DNA from: Fonticula-like sp. SCN 57-25
Taxonomy: Eukaryota
Assembly: GCA_001724245.1 (NCBI GenBank)
Contig: MEDX01000030.1
Location: forward strand, 1 to 39,807
Reading direction: 5' to 3'
DNA length: 39,807 nucleotides
In this document: positions 33,981 through 39,807 of the stretch, one piece after another
How the letters are laid out: every line of letters begins with the position of its first letter
Numbering within the stretch: position 1 is the stretch's first letter
The notes under the pieces: generated by a model
What the model saw: the letters and a program-made list of their open reading frames with translations, nothing else
Told to the model about the DNA's origin: nothing
Databases searched by the model: none
Program-made: the position numbers and the translations under genes

Positions 33981-36900
33981 ATGGCGGACGCGGACGCTGC
34001 GGCAAGGCCCGTGGCCGTGACCGTAGAAGAGCCGACGTCGAGCGGAAAGCCCCGCATCATTGCTAAATTCCAACGATTGTTTCGACGCACCACCTCGGAT
34101 GCCAAGCTGTCGGGTGCCTCGACGGGCAGCGGCACATCGATGCAGGTGGGTGGCATTGCGCGTCTCGCGAATGCGGGCATCAACACTGGCGGCGGTATAG
34201 CTGCTCCCGTTCCGTTGGCGCTCGAGGCCGGCGGGATCGCCACGGTTGAACCCACTGCCGCTGCGTCGACTGCCGCCCCCACTGGCCTGCTGCTCCCGAT
34301 GGCGACGCTCCCTATGGCACGCGCAGCCGGCGGTGCGTTTGGCTCCTTCCTATTCCAGCTGCGCGTCTCTGTCGCGGCGATCAACAGCCGCCACGCGCGC
34401 GGAACGATGACCACGCCCGCTATATACCTCATCCGCGTCCAGTACGGCAACACGCCGTTCACCTGGATCATCCGCCGCCGCCTGCGCGACTTCATGCAGC
34501 TGCACTCGCGCCTTCGCCTGCTCCAGATCAAGCGCGCCCAGGGCCGCCTGCCGCACTTTCCGCGCCTCTTGGACCTCCCCGGCATGGACACCCACGCCGC
34601 ACGCGAGCACGCAGCCTACACCGAAAATATTGCCGAGGACGACGCCCGCATTGCCGCACAGCCTATGACCTTTCACGGCCCCTCTTCGCCGTCCCCCGGC
34701 GCCGCGCATGACCGTCGCGGGCAGATTGCGCCGCCCGAAGTGGACCGCCTGACCGTGGATCTGTGCACGTACCTGACCGAGCTGCTGCACGGCCAGCTGT
34801 GCGAAAAGGCGCGCCGTCTGCTGTGCGAGTTTCTCGAGTGCAGCAGCGCCTCTTTCAATCCGCTATTTGGCCCCAAGGGAAAGGAAATGTTTGTTTATGT
34901 CTGCCACACGCGCAGCCGCAACCCGCTCGCGCCGTTGCTTCGCCGCATCCAGGAGACATTCCGCCTTCGGCTTCGCGAGTTTGACCCGGCCGTGCGCCGC
35001 GCCCGCCGCCGCTGGCTCGTCGTCCGCTCCAACTGCGTCGTTCTCTTTGACTCTCTGGACGCGTCGACGCCGTCGCGCGTCATCCTCGTTGACCGCACCT
35101 TTGACGTACTGACCGGCCGCAAGGCGACCAAGAGCAGCAAGGGCGTCATCGTGCGCTCCCTGTCTGCGCCCAACGGCTCGCTGCGCCTCCAGACGATCCA
35201 CACGTCGAGCGCGCGCGAGCTTGCACTTCACCTTCAGGCCCTAAAGGCGAGCCTGTGGGCGAGCCAGCACCGCTTTGACAGCTTTTTCCCGCAGCGCGAA
35301 AAGACACGCGTCGTGGCGCACGTCGACGGCGCGGCCTACTTTGACGCCGTGGCGGACGCGCTCGAGTCGGCGCAGCGGACCATCTTTATCGCCGACTGGT
35401 GGCTGTCGCCCGAGCTTTACCTGAAGCGCCCGCCGAGCAGAAACCACGAGTGGCGGCTGGACCGCGTGCTGCGCCGCAAGGCCGCGCAGGGCGTGCGCAT
35501 CTTTGTCCTGCTCTACAAGGAATTTCCCAATTCAATGATTGTCGAGAGCCTTTACGCAAAGCGGACGCTGCAGGCGCTTCACCCGACAAACGTGCTCGTG
35601 CAGCGCCACCCGGACCACGTCGCGCCGTCGGGGACGCTCTACTGGGCGCACCACGAAAAGATTGTCGCCATCGACAGCGAGCGCGCATTTATCGGCGGAA
35701 TCGACCTCTGCTTTGGGCGGTACGACACGACGGCGCACAACGTGTCGGATATCCACGCAAGAATGTTTCCGGGAAAGGACTATTCCAACCCGTACGTCAA
35801 GGACTTTTTCGAGCTCGAGCAGTACGACCGCGACGGCGTGGATAGGCTCGCGGTGGCGCGCATGCCGTGGCACGACGTCGGGATGGAGATGACGGGCGCG
35901 GCGGCGAGCGATGTCGCGAGGCACTTTGTCGAAAGATGGAATTACATCAAGACATCAAAGGGTACGATGGTGATGAAAATAGTAGGGAAAATGTATATAG
36001 ATATATGGGACTGGTCTAGATGATAAAACATGTCATGATTGTGTACAGTTTGTGTCCTTTTCCTTTTGTTCATGCGCACACTTTTATGCTACATAATTGC
36101 TGACACCGCCCTTAGCCGAGCAGGACCCCTCGATCCCCTTCCTCGAGCCCGAAGCGAGCGTCGATGACCGCTACCCTCCCCCCTCCCCTCCCCCCTCTGA
36201 CGCCGCTCAGCGCCCCATGGGCACGAGCAATGTCCAGATTGTGCGCTCCGCCGGCCGCTGGTCGAGCGACGACGACGTCATCGACAGCTCGCTCTACAAG
36301 GCGTACATTGAGGCGATCCGCGGCGCCGAGCACTTTATCTACATTGAGAACCAGTTTTTCGTATCGAATGCCGTCGGTCCCTCGTCGGACGCCGCCGCTC
36401 TGCCGGTCCGCAACGCGATCGCCGCCGCACTTGTCGAGCGCATTGCGCGCGCGCACGCCGAACAGCGCCGCTTCCGCGTCATTGTCGTGCTTCCCCTCAA
36501 GCCAGCCTTTGCCGGCGACATTAGCGAAGCAGGTGCGAGCGCGTCGCTGCGCATCATTCTCCGCCAACAGTCGCTCTGCATTGGCCTTGGGCCGCAGTCG
36601 CTCCTCGGGCAGCTCAAGACGCGCGGCATCGACCCCGACGAGTACATTTGCTTTGTCGGGCTGCGCTCGTGGGGCCTGCTCGCCGATAGGGCGCCAGCGG
36701 GGTTCGGCGACGTGTGCATGTTTTGCGGGCAGCCGTGCGGGGCGGCGTGCCGCACGCTCATGGAGGAGAGGGCGGACATGCCGGACATTGAGGTGGAGCA
36801 TGTCGTCGACGCAAAGGAGGCGACAGACGATGCAGCACAAAATCAGGTTGAATCTCAGCAGGACGTGCAGCAGGACGTGCAGCAGAATGACACGCAAGTT

Positions 36901-37938
36901 GAGCAGGAAGTTGAGCAGGAAGTTGAGGAGGAAGTCACTCAGGAGTCTGTAGCTTCTCAGCCGCAGCAGCAGCAAGCAGTTCCGGAACATCAGCAGCAAC
37001 AGCAGCAGCAAGCAGTTCCGGAACATCAACAGCAACAGCATGATCAGCAAAAAGTACAGCAGCAGGAGCATCAGCAGCACAAGCATCATCTTTTCCATCA
37101 TCATGAGCATCAGCAGCAGGAGCATCAGCAGCATAAGCATCATTTACTTCATCATCACCATGAGCAGGAACAGCAGCCTCAGGCAGTTCCCCAGCAACAG
37201 CCAGTTCCCCAGCAGCCTCAGACTACACAATCTGCTCCTCAGTTGGCGCCGACGCCCGCCCCCCTTGGCGCCGTCACCGACATCCACTCGATGCTGACCG
37301 TGGCGACGCTCGCCGCCGGCACAGCCGCCGCGCCCGCCGCCCCCCTTCCTCCCTCCGCCCCCGGCGTGCCCGTGAGCGAGATTGTGTACGTGCACACCAA
37401 GCTTATGATTGTGGACGACCGTCTCGTCATCATGGGCTCTGCCAACATCAATGACCGCAGCATGCACGGCGGGCGCGACTCTGAGATCGCCGCCGTCATC
37501 GAGGACGAGGACATGGTCGAGAGCGTGCTCGATGGGCAGCCAGTGCGCGTCGGGCGCTTTGCGTACGACTTGCGCATGCGGCTCTTTGCAGAGCATCTCG
37601 GAATCCCGCTGAGAAAGGCGCGAAAGCGGCTCCAGGACCCCGTCAGCGACCGCGTCTTTCGGAAAAGGTGGCGGGAATACGCGGAAAGCAACTCGCGCAT
37701 CTTTCGAGACGTGTTCAACAGCTTGCCGGACAAGAACCTGCGCACGTGGGAGCAGTACAAGCAGCGCGTGGCGCAGCCCGTCATGGCGGTGACCGACCCG
37801 GGCGAGGCGATCAGGAGGCTGGGGGGGGTCAGGGGGCACGTCGTCGAGATGGACGTCGAGTTTTTGTGCGATGAGGATCTGATGTCGCTGCCGGCTACGG
37901 CGCCGGAAAACTTTTTGCCGCTAAAGGTGTTTATCTAA
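33981..37938 (+). CDS. PLD1: PX-PH phospholipase D (PLD1/Spo14 type)
   Basis: PX (W.I.RR..DF..LH) and PH domains; IADWWLSPELYL; HKD1 WAHHEKIVAID; RMPWHDV; FIYIENQFF; HKD2 YVHTKLMIVDD..GSANINDRS. Intron at 35962-36115. Confidence 0.95.
36835..37245 (+). repeat. Gln/His/Glu-rich low-complexity coding repeat inside PLD
   Basis: CAG/CAT-rich tract with duplicated units: CAGCAGGACGTG x2, GAGCAGGAAGTT x2, QQQAVPEH x2 and QQEHQQHKHH x2. Confidence 0.9.
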
Positions 37939-38172
37939 ACGCGCGCAGCAAGACAATATTTGGCAAATGAAAACGAAAAGGAAGACGTGTAGCAATGTCG
38001 ATGGCATCGACCATGTGTAGCAACGACCATCTGTAGCAATGATGTGTAGCAATGAACCATGGATATGACCGTAGTAGTGACCGTGTGTAGCAATATCAAT
38101 ATATGTGTTTTTATTCACGCCAGTTATACCAAAAGCTGCACTTGTTGTGTAAAGTGGGCCGAGTTATGCGCG

Positions 38173-38230
38173 AAAATGCCTTCCGTTCATATCTGTCATG
38201 AAAAATACCTTCCGTTCATATCTATCATGA
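38173..38230. repeat. 29-nt tandem duplication
   Basis: AAAATRCCTTCCGTTCATATCTRTCATGA at 38173-38201 and 38202-38230 (27/29 identical). Confidence 0.9.
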
Positions 38231-38287
38231 TCATGTCAGCATTCATCAAATGCTGACAAGACCTGCCAAGACCAAGACCAACCCAAG

Positions 38288-39251
38288 ATGTTCGGGAGGG
38301 CAGCAATGATCTGCGGTGCGGACGCGCAGACGCTCGCCGGCAACAGCACCACTCTCCGCACAGGCTGGCATAGCCCTCAATTGGTACATAACGCCATTCT
38401 GTGCGCCGGCGTCGGCGTGTCTGCGGCCGTGGAACGCAACGAGCGCGTCGCCTACATCCACGATGCCGATTGCACGACAGACAAGTGGCGCAAGCAAGAT
38501 CTCGACAAGGACGTGACGCTGCCCATCCTCGACGCCTTTTTCGACAGAGATAATCAGCTGCACGTTTGCGATTCCGCCGGCAAAGTGTGGCCGCCGACGG
38601 CCGAGGAGGCGATCGCCAACCCGTACGCCGGCCCGAACCACTTTGACGTGCGATCGGACGGCAGCGTGTGGTCGTGGGGCGAGAACGCGCACGGCCAGCT
38701 CGGCCACGGCGACCTCGTCCCAATTGACAAGGCATCACCGAAACGAATCGATCTCTTCTGGAAGGGCGGCATGTCGGTAGAGCACGTCGTCAGCAGCAAG
38801 TGGAACACGATTTTTTGGACGTCGGCTGGCAAGCTGTACTGCTGCGGCGCAGACGTCGGCGGGCACGGCCAGACGGGCGCCATCATAGAAGGGCTCAACA
38901 CGGCGACGCCAATGCTCATAGACTTTGGCGCGGCAGGGATCGACACAAAAGCACGCGACATGACGATCACGGCCGTGCAGTGCGGCATCGCGCACACGGT
39001 CGTGCGGGCCGGACAATCGCTCATCGGATGGGGATCAAGTACGAATTCAAATTCACTTTTAAGCTGTATTGTGTGGCTAATGGTACGTGTGCGTAGATGA
39101 GCATGGGCAACTGGGCGTGGATCGCTGCCCATCATTGCGTCCGTTTTTGCTGCCTGGGCCGTCCCATAACAGCCCCGCGTACGGCGTCGCGTGTGGCAGG
39201 TGGCACACAGTCGCTCTTTTTGAAACGAATTTTGAAGAGTTTGAAGAGTAA
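38288..39251 (+). CDS. RCC1-repeat protein (RCCD1-like)
   Basis: DGSVWSWGENAHGQLGHG and VQCGIAHTVV. Intron 39039-39096 gives GWGSNEHGQLG...VACGRWHT. Start codon could be 38288 or 38306. Confidence 0.75.
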
Positions 39252-39504
39252 CAAATACGTTTATGAGTGTAAAAGTGTGTATAAAGATTTGCAAACATGC
39301 ATGAAAAATATGACAATGTACGTGAATATAATTTGAAGTGACCTTTACGTGTGTGACCTATACAGATAAACACTGTGTCAAAGTGATAAATATAATGCAA
39401 AGTGTATGCAAAAGTAATCATTATGCAAATTTGATGTATCCCCAAATATGTCCATTTGATCCAATTTGATTAAACACTGAATAATACAACAAAATAACAA
39501 AATT

Positions 39505-39807
39505 CTAATCATTCTTTTTAGCCGTCGACTCTTTCCTCCTCCTATTCTTCACGTCACGCAGCGCCGCCGCCACAATAGGCACAAGCAGCGGCACAAACAG
39601 CGGCACATACACCGCGTACCGCTGGTCCTCTGGAAAGTACTCTTGCGCCATCAGAGATGGGTGGAAAAAGGCGCGGTCGGCGGTCGAGGCGGCGCCGCGC
39701 GCGGAGAGGACGCTCAGGGAAAGGTCGCCGGCGGCGGACGCGCGGCGGGCGGCGGCAATGTGGGAAATCGTCTCAAGGATGAGAGACGAAATGGTGGGGG
39801 AGACGGG
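39505..39807 (-). CDS. PIGS: GPI transamidase subunit PIG-S/Gpi17, 3' end (partial)
   Basis: The reverse strand reads ADRAFFHPSLMAQEYFPEDQRYAVYVPLFVPLLVP (PIG-S motif AFF.P.L....YFP.DQ..A.Y.PLF.P) and ends KKND*, a KKxx ER-retrieval signal. Not in the ORF track. Confidence 0.9.
   Translation of the reverse strand, partial: PVSPTISSLILETISHIAAARRASAAGDLSLSVLSARGAASTADRAFFHPSLMAQEYFPEDQRYAVYVPLFVPLLVPIVAAALRDVKNRRRKESTAKKND

Noticed and set aside
32969-34591. 540-aa minus-strand ORF suggesting a long BCD1 overlapping PLD
   Set aside because: BCD1 homology begins at the ATG at 33850. The upstream part is the antisense of the GC-rich PLD 5' exon and has no recognisable motifs.
36112-37143. 343-aa Met/Leu-rich antisense ORF
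   Set aside because: It is the reverse complement of the CAG/CAT repeat within PLD.
1-39807. Apparent frameshifts/pseudogenes or an alternative genetic code in the fragmented ORFs
   Set aside because: Every break is resolved by a canonical GT-AG intron that restores the frame and the conserved motifs.

Overview
This is gene-dense eukaryotic DNA, not prokaryotic. GC-rich exons are interrupted by about 46 short GT-AG introns (mostly 42-62 nt; donors GTRCGY/GTGAG, branch points CTRAY), and intergenic gaps are often under 200 bp. The source is probably a unicellular opisthokont, inferred from a fungal-type Cti6 and Apc13 occurring alongside TRANK1, LST2, SNRNP48 and E2F-like sites. Manual splicing gives about 20 genes in order: TRANK1-like ankyrin/UvrD helicase/TPR (5'-truncated), Cti6-like PHD, KIAA1143/DUF4604, APC13 (4 exons, mostly missed by the ORF track), ESS2, SMU1, SURF6/RRP14, mitochondrial bL31m, 5-oxoprolinase, a hidden 5-exon Tudor-like gene, a coiled-coil + REase-fold + kinase-like (Crinkler-type) gene with a possible cryptic signal-peptide exon, a bacterial-style GT4-GT2 double glycosyltransferase with a membrane anchor, a SAM methyltransferase, RMI1, SNRNP48, a FYVE-less LST2, BCD1/ZNHIT6, phospholipase D with a Q/H-rich insert, an RCC1-repeat protein and the 3' end of PIG-S. 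The most unusual part is the accessory-looking block at 20.6-28.0 kb. All family calls come from motif recognition by eye; no database search was run.
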